This document shows positions 50,750 to 61,457 of a stretch of DNA of 64,000 nucleotides, one piece after another (the stretch's first letter is position 1; every line of letters begins with the position of its first letter). Source of the DNA: a bacterium (GTDB taxonomy: Bacteria; UBA8248); the NCBI GenBank assembly GCA_965219955.1, contig OZ244799.1:2848001-2912000 (forward strand). Direction: 5' to 3'. The notes below the pieces were generated by a model. That model was not told where the DNA came from and made no database searches. It saw only the letters and a list, made by a program, of their open reading frames with translations. The translations under genes were made by a program, and so were the position numbers.

Positions 50750-51757
50750 GTGACCTTTCGATTCGCCCATTGCGGTGATTTCCATCTCGGCTATGACTTC
50801 GGCTACCTCCCGCCTCGCAAAGCCGCGGCGCGGCAAGCCGATCTCCGGGTGGCTTTTTTCCGCTCCGTTCGCGAGACACTCAAATGGGGCGCGCAGGTCC
50901 TTCTTGTTTCCGGGGATCTGTTCGACACCCCTCATCCAGGTGAACGCGACGTCGAAATCGTCTCGAAGAACCTCGCGCATTTATCCAAAAAAGGGGTGCG
51001 CTGTTTCGCCATACCCGGCAACCATGACCCGGTGCGCTCAGAATCCGTGTGGAACCGGCCCGAAATACTGAACAACATCCATCTTCTCCATGGTGCCTCC
51101 GCCGCCGGGCCGGCGCAGGAAAACATCGCGGAACTCAATCTTACGATCGCCGGAATCCCCTGGGATACCGAAGACGCCTTCAAGCCCCCTTTGCAGGAAA
51201 TCCTCACGCGGAAACTCCATCTGAACGACAGATCCATCCTGCTATTGCACGGCTCGGAAGCGGCTCTCGCCTCAGAGCACCCGGCGTTCAAGGAGCATCC
51301 ATTCCAGGCCGATGATTTGAAGCGTCTGCCCTTCGGGTATGTGGCCATCGGCCATTACCACAAACCCATGGACGTCGCCCGGTGGAGCGGCGGCGGCGCA
51401 TGCTACAGCGGCTCTCCGGAAGGGTTGCGCTTCAGCGACCACAACCTGGGGGAGCGCTCTATCGTTTTGGGAGAAATGGATGAACGGGGCTCCCTGGTTC
51501 GACTCGAGCGAAAACCCATCAACGCGCGCACCATGAAAACGCTTTCCTATTCCGCCGGCGACGGGACCACGGCGGACGACTGGTTCCGGGCGGTTGACGA
51601 CATGAGAGACCCGGATACTCTATTGAGGGTGCGTGCGCCGAAACAAAACGGCGATCAACAAAGACGGGCGGAGATTCTCCTGTCCGCGCTGAGCAATGAT
51701 TTTTTCTATCTGGACGTCATTTGGGAATCCCCTCGTGAGCAAGAACACCTGGTGTGA
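50750..51757 (+). CDS. Mre11/SbcD-like metallophosphoesterase nuclease
   Basis: DFHLG, GDLFD, PGNHD, AIGHYH, YSGSPE. Confidence 0.88.
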   Translation: MTFRFAHCGDFHLGYDFGYLPPRKAAARQADLRVAFFRSVRETLKWGAQVLLVSGDLFDTPHPGERDVEIVSKNLAHLSKKGVRCFAIPGNHDPVRSESVWNRPEILNNIHLLHGASAAGPAQENIAELNLTIAGIPWDTEDAFKPPLQEILTRKLHLNDRSILLLHGSEAALASEHPAFKEHPFQADDLKRLPFGYVAIGHYHKPMDVARWSGGGACYSGSPEGLRFSDHNLGERSIVLGEMDERGSLVRLERKPINARTMKTLSYSAGDGTTADDWFRAVDDMRDPDTLLRVRAPKQNGDQQRRAEILLSALSNDFFYLDVIWESPREQEHLV

Positions 51758-52523
51758 CGTCGCTTTCTCCCACCCGGAAATCCCCGTCAGACTCAAAGAC
51801 GCGCAACGGGCATGCGGAGAAAATGAAAGAAACATCGTCTGCGTCGTCATAGACGTATTAAGAGCCACGACGAACATCGCCGCCATCCTGGAGAACGGCT
51901 GTTCCGCGATACATCCGTGCGCTTCCCCTGAAATCGCGTTTGAACTGGCCCAAAAGCTGCGGCTTCTGCATGGTCCCGAAAAAATCATCCTGGGCGGAGA
52001 GCAGGACGGCAAGCCTATCGAAGGATTCGACGGGGGAAACTCTCCGCTCGAATACACGCGCCGGAGAATCAGCGGGAAAACCCTGATACTCTCAACGAGC
52101 AACGGAACCAAAACACTCTCGGCCGTGCAGCGTTGCGGAGAAATTTTCACCGCTGCTTTCGTGAACATCACCGCTACGGCCGAACGGGTAGCGTCCATTC
52201 TTCAGGAAAACCCCAGGCAATCCCTCCTGATCGCCTGCTCGGGCCGCGAAGGAGCCTATTGTGAAGAAGACACCGCAGGGGCGGGAATGCTCCTGCGTAT
52301 CCTGTCCGGACATTTGGAGAAGCTGGAATTCTCCGACACCGCTCGCGCAGCCCTGCATGTTGCGAACGGCGCTGAAAAAAACCTGGAAAAGATGCTTTTT
52401 CAGAGCTGGTGGGGCAGGCATTTGTCGTCGCTGGGACTTGATGAGGACATATCCTTCTGCGCGCAGAAAGACATTATGAGCATCGTCCCGAGGCTGGATG
52501 ACGGGGTAATAAGGATTGCTTAA
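51735..52523 (+). CDS. comB: 2-phosphosulfolactate phosphatase family
   Basis: VIDVLRATT, GFDGGNSP, STSNGT, EED. Confidence 0.85.
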   Translation: MSKNTWCDVAFSHPEIPVRLKDAQRACGENERNIVCVVIDVLRATTNIAAILENGCSAIHPCASPEIAFELAQKLRLLHGPEKIILGGEQDGKPIEGFDGGNSPLEYTRRRISGKTLILSTSNGTKTLSAVQRCGEIFTAAFVNITATAERVASILQENPRQSLLIACSGREGAYCEEDTAGAGMLLRILSGHLEKLEFSDTARAALHVANGAEKNLEKMLFQSWWGRHLSSLGLDEDISFCAQKDIMSIVPRLDDGVIRIA

Positions 52524-53332
52524 GTTTCCGGCTCCTTCGCCAAAATGCTTTCAACCACGTCCTGTGCGTCCGGAGAACCGGCGCCGGGTTTCAAATGGAG
52601 AAAGAATTCCCGGTTTCCCTTGGCGCCCATGATCGCGCTCGATGCGATGCCCTGGGGAGCCCATCCCGTCCGAAGCGTTTCATCCCAGACGCGGAGGAGC
52701 ACTTCACGGTGAAGCGCGGGGTCGCGAACGATCCCTCCCTTGCCGACACGTCCCTTCCCTACTTCAAACTGTGGTTTAACGAGTACGAGCATCTCCCCGC
52801 CATCTTCGAGCAGGTCATGAACCGGTCCGAGCACCTTCACGACGGAGATGAACGATACATCCACAACGCACAAACCCGGCTGTTCCTCCCCGGCTAACTC
52901 CCGGAACATTTCCGGCGTCAGATGCCTGGCGTTCACACCCTCCAGAAGAGTGACCCTGGGGTCGTTCCTCAGTTTCCAGTCAATCAAACCCTTGCCCACG
53001 TCCACCGACGCAACGCGGCGGGCGCCGCGGGTGAGCAGCACGTCGGTGAATCCACCCGTCGACGCGCCGATATCCATGCAGTATTCATCCAGCGGATCAA
53101 CGCCGAAGAAATCCAGCGCGCCTTCGAGCTTCAGGCCTCCCCGGCTCACATAGGGACAAGGATTTTCTTTGAGGGTGATGGATGCTTCTTCAGGAAATGA
53201 CAAACCCGCCTTCGTGGCGGGTTCGCCGTCGACACTCACAAGACCTGCCAGAATCAGGCTGCGCGCACGCTCCCGGCTCGGAGCCAGCGCACGTTCGACG
53301 AGTAATTTATCGAGCCTCTGTTTCTTCGCCAT
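52520..53332 (-). CDS. tlyA: TlyA rRNA 2'-O-methyltransferase
   Basis: S4 domain, YVSRGGLKL, DIGASTGGFTD, KPQFE. Confidence 0.94.
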   Translation of the reverse strand: MAKKQRLDKLLVERALAPSRERARSLILAGLVSVDGEPATKAGLSFPEEASITLKENPCPYVSRGGLKLEGALDFFGVDPLDEYCMDIGASTGGFTDVLLTRGARRVASVDVGKGLIDWKLRNDPRVTLLEGVNARHLTPEMFRELAGEEQPGLCVVDVSFISVVKVLGPVHDLLEDGGEMLVLVKPQFEVGKGRVGKGGIVRDPALHREVLLRVWDETLRTGWAPQGIASSAIMGAKGNREFFLHLKPGAGSPDAQDVVESILAKEPET

Positions 53333-55244
53333 GCGCCGCCAGATCGGCAGAATCAGCCTTGCCTTCCATCAGATCGCGAGCCGCCTGGGTGATATCGCCC
53401 GGCGTAAGTCCACAGTCGTCGCGCTGCAGTTGAGGCGCTCCGTGCTCGATGAAACGATCGGGAATACCCAGAACCGTGGCGGAAACGTCCCGGATGCCGT
53501 GCTCAGCCAAAAGCTCCAGAACGCCGGCGCCCATCCCGCCGATGCGCGTCCCCTCCTCGATCGTCACGACGCGCTTGCACCGCCTCGCGAGTTCCAAAAC
53601 TTTCTCCTCATCCATCGGCTTCACGAAGCGGAGGTTCAAGACCGACGCCTGAATGCCGAGTTCTTCCAGTTGCGCGGCGGACTCCATCGCGAGACCCACC
53701 ATGGGGCCCAGGGCGATGAGAGCGACGTCATCGCCGTCGCGAAGCGATTCCGCCTCTCCGATGGGAATCGTCTCGATACCCTCGTCCATCGGCACCCCTT
53801 CGCCTGAGCCGCGCGCGAAGCGAAGCGCTGCCGGGCCGGGATGTTCAATCGCGGTCAAGACCATTTTCTGAAGTTCGTTTTCGTCTTTGGGCGACATGAT
53901 CGTCATGTTCGGCAGACACCGGAGATAGGCCAGGTCATAGGCCCCCTGGTGCGTGGGTCCATCGTCACCCACGAGACCGGACCGGTCCAGCGCAAAGGTA
54001 ACGGGCACGTTCGTCAGGCAGACGTCGTGGATGATCTGATCATAAGCCCGCTGCAGGAACGTGCTGTAAATGGCGGCGACCGGCTTCATGCCCTCGAGCG
54101 CAAGGCCTGCGGCGAAAGTCACCGCATGCTGTTCGCACATCCCTACGTCAAAGCAGCGATCCGGCAAGACTTTCTGGTAGTTCACGAGAGCCGTACCCTC
54201 GAGCATGGCCGCCGAGATGGCGACTATCTTTTCATCCGTTTGGCTGAGCTTGATCATCGTATCGGTGAAAACTTTCGAATACCCGGGGGGCCCGGGCGCT
54301 TTTTTGTGGAATTTACCGGATTCCGGATCGAATTTCGTCACACCGTGATAGGTGATGGGTTCCGCCTCGCTGTAAGGGTACCCATACCCTTTACGGGTAA
54401 CGACGTGAACCAGATTTGGACCATCCAGGTTTTTCACGTTCCTCAGAGTGGGAATCAGCAAATCCAGCCTGTGTCCGTCCACCGGGCCGATGTACCGGAA
54501 ACCCAGTTCCTCGAACAAAATCCCCGGCACGATGATATTCTTGAGAGACTCCTCCACCCTGTCCATGAGCGTGACGGCATGGCTGCCCACCAAGGGAAGG
54601 TGGCTCAGTATTTTCTGGACTTCCGCACGCACCTTGCGGGCCCGGTTCGACCATTCACCCGTCATGATCCGAGCCAGGTATGAGCACATGGCGCCCACGT
54701 TGTGCGAAATGCCCATTTTATTGTCATTGAGAATAACGGTGAGGTTTCGCTTCGAATCGCCGGCGTTGTTGAGCCCTTCCATCGCCATGCCGGCGGTCAG
54801 GCTGCCGTCTCCGATGATGGCGACGACCTGAAAATCCTCTCCCGAGAGATCCCGCGCCGTGGCCATGCCCAGGGCAGCGGAAATGGAGGTGCCTCCATGC
54901 GCCACGTTCAGATGGTCGTATTCACTCTCGCGCCTGTCCGGGAAACCGGCGATTCCTTCCCACTGCCTCAGCGTATGGAACCGGTCCCGGCGCCCCGTCA
55001 ATATCTTGTGGGTGTAGGCCTGATGACCGACGTCCCAAATCAACTTGTCCTTCGGCGTGTCATAGAGATAGTGAAGCGCTACAATGAGTTCCGCCGCTCC
55101 CAGCGAAGCGCCGAGGTGTCCGCCCGTATCGGAGGTTACCTGAATGACCACGTCGCGGAGCTCATCCACGACTTGAGGAAGGTCCTCCTCCGCCAGCCGC
55201 CTCAAATCCGCCGGGCTATCAATACGCTCAAGTAATTCGCCCAT
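53307..55244 (-). CDS. dxs: 1-deoxy-D-xylulose-5-phosphate synthase
   Basis: WDVGHQAY, GDGSLT, YSTFLQRAYDQ, DGPTHQG. Confidence 0.97.
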   Translation of the reverse strand: MGELLERIDSPADLRRLAEEDLPQVVDELRDVVIQVTSDTGGHLGASLGAAELIVALHYLYDTPKDKLIWDVGHQAYTHKILTGRRDRFHTLRQWEGIAGFPDRRESEYDHLNVAHGGTSISAALGMATARDLSGEDFQVVAIIGDGSLTAGMAMEGLNNAGDSKRNLTVILNDNKMGISHNVGAMCSYLARIMTGEWSNRARKVRAEVQKILSHLPLVGSHAVTLMDRVEESLKNIIVPGILFEELGFRYIGPVDGHRLDLLIPTLRNVKNLDGPNLVHVVTRKGYGYPYSEAEPITYHGVTKFDPESGKFHKKAPGPPGYSKVFTDTMIKLSQTDEKIVAISAAMLEGTALVNYQKVLPDRCFDVGMCEQHAVTFAAGLALEGMKPVAAIYSTFLQRAYDQIIHDVCLTNVPVTFALDRSGLVGDDGPTHQGAYDLAYLRCLPNMTIMSPKDENELQKMVLTAIEHPGPAALRFARGSGEGVPMDEGIETIPIGEAESLRDGDDVALIALGPMVGLAMESAAQLEELGIQASVLNLRFVKPMDEEKVLELARRCKRVVTIEEGTRIGGMGAGVLELLAEHGIRDVSATVLGIPDRFIEHGAPQLQRDDCGLTPGDITQAARDLMEGKADSADLAAHGEETEAR

Positions 55245-55359
55245 GTCATCTCCCTCACGAAAATTCATCATAAATCGAATCTGATTTCATCAAGGGAATG
55301 TCCCGGACGCTGACATTCCGCCCTCCTTCGAAGACTATCCAGATAATGATAGTCAAACG

Positions 55360-56274
55360 TCAGAACCGACGCAAGATAATAAAATGCGCCAAAGATTCCA
55401 GTTCAGGCGCTTTTTTCGGGAAAATTGCGAGGGCTCCCAACGCTTCCTCGCAAGTGGCGTGCGCCAATTGTTTCGATGTCTCCATCCCGTACAAGGCGGG
55501 ATAGGTTGCCTTGTTCAACCCCTCATCCGAGCCCGTGGGCTTTCCCATGAGGGCCTCATCGCCTTCCACGTCCAGAATATCGTCCACAATCTGAAACGCC
55601 AGCCCGATCTTCTCGCCATAAACATGCAGCGCTTCCATCTGCGATTTATCACCGCCGCCCAGCAGGCCCCCCAAACAAACGGAAACCCTCAAAAGCGCAC
55701 CCGTCTTTCTCCTGTGGATTTCCTCCAAATGCGCAACACCACTTACCCGGCCATTCGCACGGATGTCCAAAAGCTGTCCACCCACCATGCCCGTCGCGCC
55801 TGCTGCATCGGCGACCATGCGAATCGCTTTCACATGACGCCCAGGCGAAACCTTCGCACCCATTTGTTCATTCGCCATCAACTCGAAAGCCAGGGCCTGC
55901 AACCCGTCACCCGCGAGAATCGCCGCCGCCTCCCCATAAACCACGTGGCTCGTAGGCATCCCGCGCCTTAAGTCGTCATCGTCCATGGCGGGCAAATCAT
56001 CATGAATCAATGAATAAGAATGAATGCACTCGAGGGCGCATGCGGCAGGCAGGATACATTCAGGGTCGCCGCCTACGGCTTCACATCCAGCCATACAAAG
56101 CACCGGGCGAAGGCGTTTTCCCCCGGCGAAAAGGCTGTAGCGCATGATCTCGAAGATTTCGGGCGGCTCGGAGGATTCCGGCACGAGGCGATCGAGCTCT
56201 TCTTCCACGCGTTTCGCCCATCGGTCCAGGTAAGCCGCTGCGTCGATGCCGACGTGGAGTTCGCCTTCATTCAT
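55360..56274 (-). CDS. ispA: Farnesyl/geranylgeranyl diphosphate synthase
   Basis: GGKRLRP, HDDLPAMDDDDLRRG, FQIVDDILD. Confidence 0.93.
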   Translation of the reverse strand: MNEGELHVGIDAAAYLDRWAKRVEEELDRLVPESSEPPEIFEIMRYSLFAGGKRLRPVLCMAGCEAVGGDPECILPAACALECIHSYSLIHDDLPAMDDDDLRRGMPTSHVVYGEAAAILAGDGLQALAFELMANEQMGAKVSPGRHVKAIRMVADAAGATGMVGGQLLDIRANGRVSGVAHLEEIHRRKTGALLRVSVCLGGLLGGGDKSQMEALHVYGEKIGLAFQIVDDILDVEGDEALMGKPTGSDEGLNKATYPALYGMETSKQLAHATCEEALGALAIFPKKAPELESLAHFIILRRF

Positions 56275-56536
56275 CATCTTCACCATCTGCGAACGGCTGC
56301 AACGATAATGTTTCCTCCGATTCCCCGGTGAGTTCTTCCACCTTCTTTTGCGCCGCGTTCAACTGCTCCCGGCTGTAGCGGAAGAGCTTCACGCCCTCTT
56401 CATACAGCAAAACGGCCTTCTCCAGAGAAGGCTCGCCCTCTTCGAGTTCTTCCACGATGGCTTCCAGACGCTCCAGCGCGGCCTCGAAACTTTCCGGTTC
56501 CGCACCGGAGCTCACAGATTCATTTCCGGTATTCAT
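56267..56536 (-). CDS. xseB: Exodeoxyribonuclease VII small subunit
   Basis: FEAALERLEAIVEELE...YEEG. Confidence 0.93.
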   Translation of the reverse strand: MNTGNESVSSGAEPESFEAALERLEAIVEELEEGEPSLEKAVLLYEEGVKLFRYSREQLNAAQKKVEELTGESEETLSLQPFADGEDDE

Positions 56537-57933
56537 GGGCCCTCTCCTTCGTGGAAAACTTTCTCAACCCGGCACATCAAACCACCTTCGGACAAGCGAA
56601 TCCGCACGGATTCATTTTCTTGAACTTCTGTGGCTTTCTTGATCAGTGCCCCAGCCGGCTCCCTGTACGCCAGGCTATACCCCCGCGCCAGAACGGCCAG
56701 CGGCGATACCAACTCGAGACGCCCGGCGGCGGTCTTGAGCGCGTCCGCCCTGTTCTGCAGAAACAATCCATTCGCCACACGCAAGCGCTTCAGATTATCT
56801 TCAAGTTTCGAAATGGATACAAGAATTTTCTTTTGGGGCGAAAGGGCGCGCAGCCTCGGGACGATTCCGGCCAAATGCGTCCATTTCGTTTGCTGTCGAT
56901 GCCTGGCTTCTCTGCTCATGCGCTCATAGAGCGCATCCAGCCGCTGCGCCAGCGATTCGAGCGGGGCTTCCGGCCTTCTGAATGCGGGTTCCCTGAGTAA
57001 ACGGGAAAACCCGGCATCGAGCGAGGCTATACGAGTTTCCACTGCACGGCGCGCATCATGGAGCAAGCCGGCAACGTCGCGGGCGACACCCAGCCAGCCT
57101 CTGGCCACGCGCTCCGCCGCCGCCGTAGGCGTATGCGCCGATTCATCGGCGGCCAGATCACTCAGCGATGTATCGACCTCATGACCCACCGCCGAAATGA
57201 GGGGCGTCCCGCATCCGGCGATAGCCCGAACCACCTCTTCTTCGTTGAACGCCCACAAATCCTCCCGGCTCCCTCCGCCGCGGCCCGTGATGATGAGGTC
57301 CAGCGGATGCCCCATGCTTGCGAGACCCTCATCCGCCCTTTGAATCGCCGAAGCGATGGAAGATGCGGCGCCCTCGCCCTGCACCTGCGTATGGACGACA
57401 ACAATCTCCACAATCGGGGCGCGCTCCCTGAAAACCCGCAAGATATCCTGCAGGGCGGCGCCTTCCCGGCTCGTCACCAACCCCACGCGGCGGGGGCGGT
57501 CGGGAATTTCCTTTTTACGCGAAGGATCGAACAAACCTTCTTTTTCCAGTCGCTCATGCAGCTGGCGGAAAGCGACCTCCAGCGCGCCCTCTCCCAGGGG
57601 TTCCATGGAAAGCGCCGACACCTGGAAGCGTCCGTCCTTCTCATAAAGCGTCACCCGGCAACGGAGCATCACGCGCATGCCCACTTCCGGCTCGAAGCGC
57701 AGAAAGCGCCTGCGGCCCGAGAACATCACCGCGCTCACCCTGGAGGCGGCGTCTTTCAGGTCAAAATAGGAATGCCCGGATGGATAGGTGCGCCAGGAGG
57801 AGATTTCCCCCTCGACCAGAACCTCGCCGAATTCATCTTCCAGCAATTCTTTAACGCGCGCGTTGAGCTGTGAGACGGTGAGCACCGCAGGTGTTGCGCG
57901 AGGCGTGTTGTCACCCAGAAGGTCTACATTCAT
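56533..57933 (-). CDS. xseA: Exodeoxyribonuclease VII large subunit
   Basis: SGHSYFDLKD, RGGGSREDLWAFNEE, AVGHE. Confidence 0.95.
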   Translation of the reverse strand: MNVDLLGDNTPRATPAVLTVSQLNARVKELLEDEFGEVLVEGEISSWRTYPSGHSYFDLKDAASRVSAVMFSGRRRFLRFEPEVGMRVMLRCRVTLYEKDGRFQVSALSMEPLGEGALEVAFRQLHERLEKEGLFDPSRKKEIPDRPRRVGLVTSREGAALQDILRVFRERAPIVEIVVVHTQVQGEGAASSIASAIQRADEGLASMGHPLDLIITGRGGGSREDLWAFNEEEVVRAIAGCGTPLISAVGHEVDTSLSDLAADESAHTPTAAAERVARGWLGVARDVAGLLHDARRAVETRIASLDAGFSRLLREPAFRRPEAPLESLAQRLDALYERMSREARHRQQTKWTHLAGIVPRLRALSPQKKILVSISKLEDNLKRLRVANGLFLQNRADALKTAAGRLELVSPLAVLARGYSLAYREPAGALIKKATEVQENESVRIRLSEGGLMCRVEKVFHEGEGP

Positions 57934-57946
57934 CCGAAAGCCTTTA

Positions 57947-58825
57947 TCAGCTCGATGCTCCCGCTTCCTGCGACTTGAGAGAATACGCCTGGGTCGTGTT
58001 CATCATCAGCATGGCGACCGTCATGGGCCCCACGCCGCCCGGCACCGGGGTAATGGCGGAAACCTTTTCGAGCAGAGGTTCGAAATCACAATCCCCGACC
58101 AGTTCCCCATCCACCCGGTTGATGCCGACGTCGACCACGACCGCGCCTTCGCGAACCATATCCGCCGTCAGGAATTTCGGCCGCCCCATGGCGGCCACGA
58201 CGATATCGGCTTCTCTCGTGATGGCGGGGATATCGCGCGTCCGGGAGTGGCACACCGTGATCGTCGCATTCTCGTGCATCATCAGAATGGCCAGGGGAAG
58301 CCCCACGATCTTGCTGCGCCCGATGATGGCGGTTTTCTTCCCTTCCAGGCCGATACCGTAGAACTTCAGAATCTCGAGCACGCCGGCGGGCGTGCAGGGC
58401 TTGAGCGTACCCTGCTTGAGCGCGAGCTTTCCAAAATTCTCCGGGTGAAAGACATCGGCGTCTTTTTGGGGGGATACCCTGCGCAGCACTTCTTCTTCGT
58501 TCAAGCCGCCGGGAAGCGGCAACTGCACCAGCATCCCGTCCACTTTTTCATCGCGGTTCAACGCTTCGATGAGGGAGACGATATCCTGCTGGCTCGTATC
58601 CTCGGGCAAACGATGGTCGAAAGTCCGGATGCCGAGTTTCTTGGCGGAACGCCCCTTGATGCGGACGTATACCTGAGAGGCCGGGTCCTCGCCCACGAGA
58701 ACGACGGCGAGCCCCGGAGGCCTGCCCATCCGGGGGAGTAGAGCGTCGATAGAGGCTTTGAGCTCCTCCATCACCTTATCCGCAACGGGTTTACCTTCGA
58801 GAAGCAGGGCTTTTGCCATCTTCAT
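57947..58825 (-). CDS. folD: Methylene-THF dehydrogenase/cyclohydrolase
   Basis: VQLPLP, PCTPAG, TPVPGGVGPMT. Confidence 0.96.
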   Translation of the reverse strand: MKMAKALLLEGKPVADKVMEELKASIDALLPRMGRPPGLAVVLVGEDPASQVYVRIKGRSAKKLGIRTFDHRLPEDTSQQDIVSLIEALNRDEKVDGMLVQLPLPGGLNEEEVLRRVSPQKDADVFHPENFGKLALKQGTLKPCTPAGVLEILKFYGIGLEGKKTAIIGRSKIVGLPLAILMMHENATITVCHSRTRDIPAITREADIVVAAMGRPKFLTADMVREGAVVVDVGINRVDGELVGDCDFEPLLEKVSAITPVPGGVGPMTVAMLMMNTTQAYSLKSQEAGASS

Positions 58826-58871
58826 CCTTCATCATCGGGCGCGCCGGCGGCGGACTTATTGCATCTGGCGA

Positions 58872-59843
58872 CTATACCAGAATCTTTCCGTCCTGGATGA
58901 TCATCTGCTCATCCGCCCAGACGGTTGGGTTGTCGAAAATCATGTCGATATGGAGCGGGGCTTCGATGATGCCCCCGATGCTGCCGCTGTCGCCCACCGC
59001 CATGTGGCAGGTGCCCCACGTCTTTTTCGCCTCCCGCATCGTCTCCCGGGGGCGGCAGGCCGGGTTCGTGCCGATAGCGAATTCCGCCACGTTCTTCGCC
59101 AAGTCCCCGTTTTCATCCAGCAGTTTCCAGAACCTGTCCGCGGCGGCGCTTCCGGTGATGGACGCCACCTTGCCGTCCTTGATCTCGAGGCGCATGGGCT
59201 CGGTGACGAAACCCAAATCCTTTCGCTCGATGGAGAAGGGATTCACCATCACGCCGTTCGACGTGCCCTCCAGGGGACTCATGGCCGCCTCGCCATCGGG
59301 ACACGCCGCGAATTCGCCGGATTTTCTCGCCACGCCGATGAGCGGGAAGCAGGTTCTCCCCTCCAGCGAAAACTCCATGTCGCAACCATCCGGCGTCGTG
59401 AACCGGCCCGTTTTGGCTTCGGTGTAGATGTCGGAAATCGTCCGGGTGACCCGGGCGACCTCGTCGTAATCGGCCAGGGCGCCGCCCGCGACCATCATGT
59501 CCTCGCGCCATCCCCACATGTCCAGGACGCGCGCGCCTTGCTTGAGTGCGTTCCTCGCCGTCTCGGTATGGATGGTGGCGAAGCTGGTCTGGAGTATCAC
59601 CACGTCCGATGCCGCCATCGCCGCCCCCACGTGAGGCAGCGGGTCGATTCCCCCGTTCATGTGAGGGGGCATGTGCATGATGGAGAGCCTGGCGCCCGCG
59701 GCGCTCAAGGCATGGGCCAGCGCTTCGGTGACCGAAGCGGGGCGATCCGAATCCGTCACGAGAAGCACCAGTTCGCCCTCTTTCACGTCAAGAACCTGCT
59801 CTACGATTCGCCTGGCGGTAGGCGCCATGTTGAACTTTACCAT
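58872..59843 (-). CDS. M29-like (thermophilic metalloprotease fold) aminopeptidase family
   Basis: PDGEA, AEFAIGTNP, GTCHMAVGD, HID. Confidence 0.78.
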   Translation of the reverse strand: MVKFNMAPTARRIVEQVLDVKEGELVLLVTDSDRPASVTEALAHALSAAGARLSIMHMPPHMNGGIDPLPHVGAAMAASDVVILQTSFATIHTETARNALKQGARVLDMWGWREDMMVAGGALADYDEVARVTRTISDIYTEAKTGRFTTPDGCDMEFSLEGRTCFPLIGVARKSGEFAACPDGEAAMSPLEGTSNGVMVNPFSIERKDLGFVTEPMRLEIKDGKVASITGSAAADRFWKLLDENGDLAKNVAEFAIGTNPACRPRETMREAKKTWGTCHMAVGDSGSIGGIIEAPLHIDMIFDNPTVWADEQMIIQDGKILV

Positions 59844-59940
59844 TTCATCACCCCTGCAGATTGGAAACCAAGAATTGACAATGCATCGATTTGAAATGAA
59901 CCAGTTGCCGACGAAACAGCTCGTTGAATCACCGCATTAC

Positions 59941-60120
59941 GGTGTTGTTGAAAAAGCCCTATCCGACTTTCGAGATTGTTCGCCGTAGGGACAGGCCTCC
60001 GTGCCTGTCCTGCGTCTCCGGGTCGTATACCAACAACGGGCGGGCACGGAGGCCCGCCCCTACGGGAAAACACATCTCCCTGCCAATCCCCCTTGTCAGG
60101 GAGGCTTTTTCAACAACCCC
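59941..60120. mobile_element. MITE-like element enclosing a GTAG REP doublet
   Basis: Ends GGTGTTGTTGAAAAAGCC and GGCTTTTTCAACAACCCC; REP doublet at 59985-60063. Confidence 0.6.
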
Positions 60121-60219
60121 ATTATAGGGGGCCGGGAAACATGGTCGCAAGGGCATGGCTTCATATGCAAAACTTGGCCGTATCTCACCGATTCCGGTTC
60201 TCTCGAATGTGAGTCGCAA

Positions 60220-60636
60220 ATGGAAACGCCCAGAAATCCTTATCTTACGGTGGACGTCATCATCGAAATCGAGGATGAGAACGGCGGGCAAGGGGTCGTG
60301 ATGATCGAGCGGAAAAACCCTCCCCATGGCTGGGCGCTTCCGGGCGGGTTCGTCGACTACGGGGAAACGCTTGAAACGGCCGCCGTTCGGGAAGCCGAAG
60401 AGGAAACCTCGCTCGAGGTGGAACTGATCCGCCAGTTTCATGCCTACAGCGACCCCGGTCGCGATGAGAGGCAGCACAACGTCACCGTCGTTTTCATCGC
60501 AAGGCCGCTCGGCGGCGCGCTCGAAGCGCGGGACGATGCGGGGCGCGCAGAAGTTTTCAGTCAAACTTCCCTGCCCTCTGAAATCGCATTTGATCACGCG
60601 GACATTCTAAGCGATTATTTTTCAAGGAAGTATTAG
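60220..60636 (+). CDS. NUDIX hydrolase
   Basis: [25 protein letters not shown]. Confidence 0.92.
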   Translation: METPRNPYLTVDVIIEIEDENGGQGVVMIERKNPPHGWALPGGFVDYGETLETAAVREAEEETSLEVELIRQFHAYSDPGRDERQHNVTVVFIARPLGGALEARDDAGRAEVFSQTSLPSEIAFDHADILSDYFSRKY

Positions 60637-60749
60637 CGTGAATCGTAAGCGCGAAAGGCGCATCGAAACACACTGTGCTATCATGGACGAATGATGCGGG
60701 GGAACATGCGTGTTTCCCCGATTTTTCTTTGACTTAAGGTTTACGAGAC

Positions 60750-61457
60750 ATGGGCGGACTCATCGGAAGTTTCGGGCGCGGATTCGAATCGATGCGAAAG
60801 GACATCGCCGCCGTCATGGAGCGCGACCCCGCCTGCAGGTCGAAGCTGGAGGTGATCCTCTGCTATCCGGGGTTCCACGCCGTCTGCCTGCACCGGATGG
60901 CCCACTACTTCTGGAAGCGGGGATTCCTGCTCCTTGCGCGCTGGCTGAGCCACTGGAACCGGTTCATCACGGGCATCGAAATTCACCCCGGCGCGCGGAT
61001 CGGCGAGGGGCTCTTCATCGACCACGGGATGGGCGTCGTCATCGGCGAGACGACGCAAATCGGGAAAAACTGCACCATCTACCAGGGGGTGACGCTCGGC
61101 GGCGTGAGCCTCAAGAAAGAAAAAAGGCATCCCTCTTTAGAAGACAACGTCGTCGTCGGCGTCGGAGCGCGGGTGCTTGGTCCGCACGTCATCGGCGCAG
61201 GCAGCCGCATCGGCGCCAGTTCGGTCGTCATCTCGGACGTGCCGCCCGGCTGCACGGTCGTCGGCGTGCCCGCGCGCATCGTCTACCGGGAGGGGCAAGG
61301 CAAAGCGGACGATCTGCTCCCCGTCTCTTTCGAGCACCACGAGTTGCCCGACCCGGTGGAAGCGGCCATTCAGGCCCTGAACCAGCGCATCGCGGCCCTC
61401 GAAAAAGAACTGTCCCAGGCGCGGGAGCCGGCACGGGAAAAGCAAGAGACCCCATGA
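60750..61457 (+). CDS. cysE: Serine O-acetyltransferase
   Basis: [28 protein letters not shown]. Confidence 0.95.
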   Translation: MGGLIGSFGRGFESMRKDIAAVMERDPACRSKLEVILCYPGFHAVCLHRMAHYFWKRGFLLLARWLSHWNRFITGIEIHPGARIGEGLFIDHGMGVVIGETTQIGKNCTIYQGVTLGGVSLKKEKRHPSLEDNVVVGVGARVLGPHVIGAGSRIGASSVVISDVPPGCTVVGVPARIVYREGQGKADDLLPVSFEHHELPDPVEAAIQALNQRIAALEKELSQAREPAREKQETP

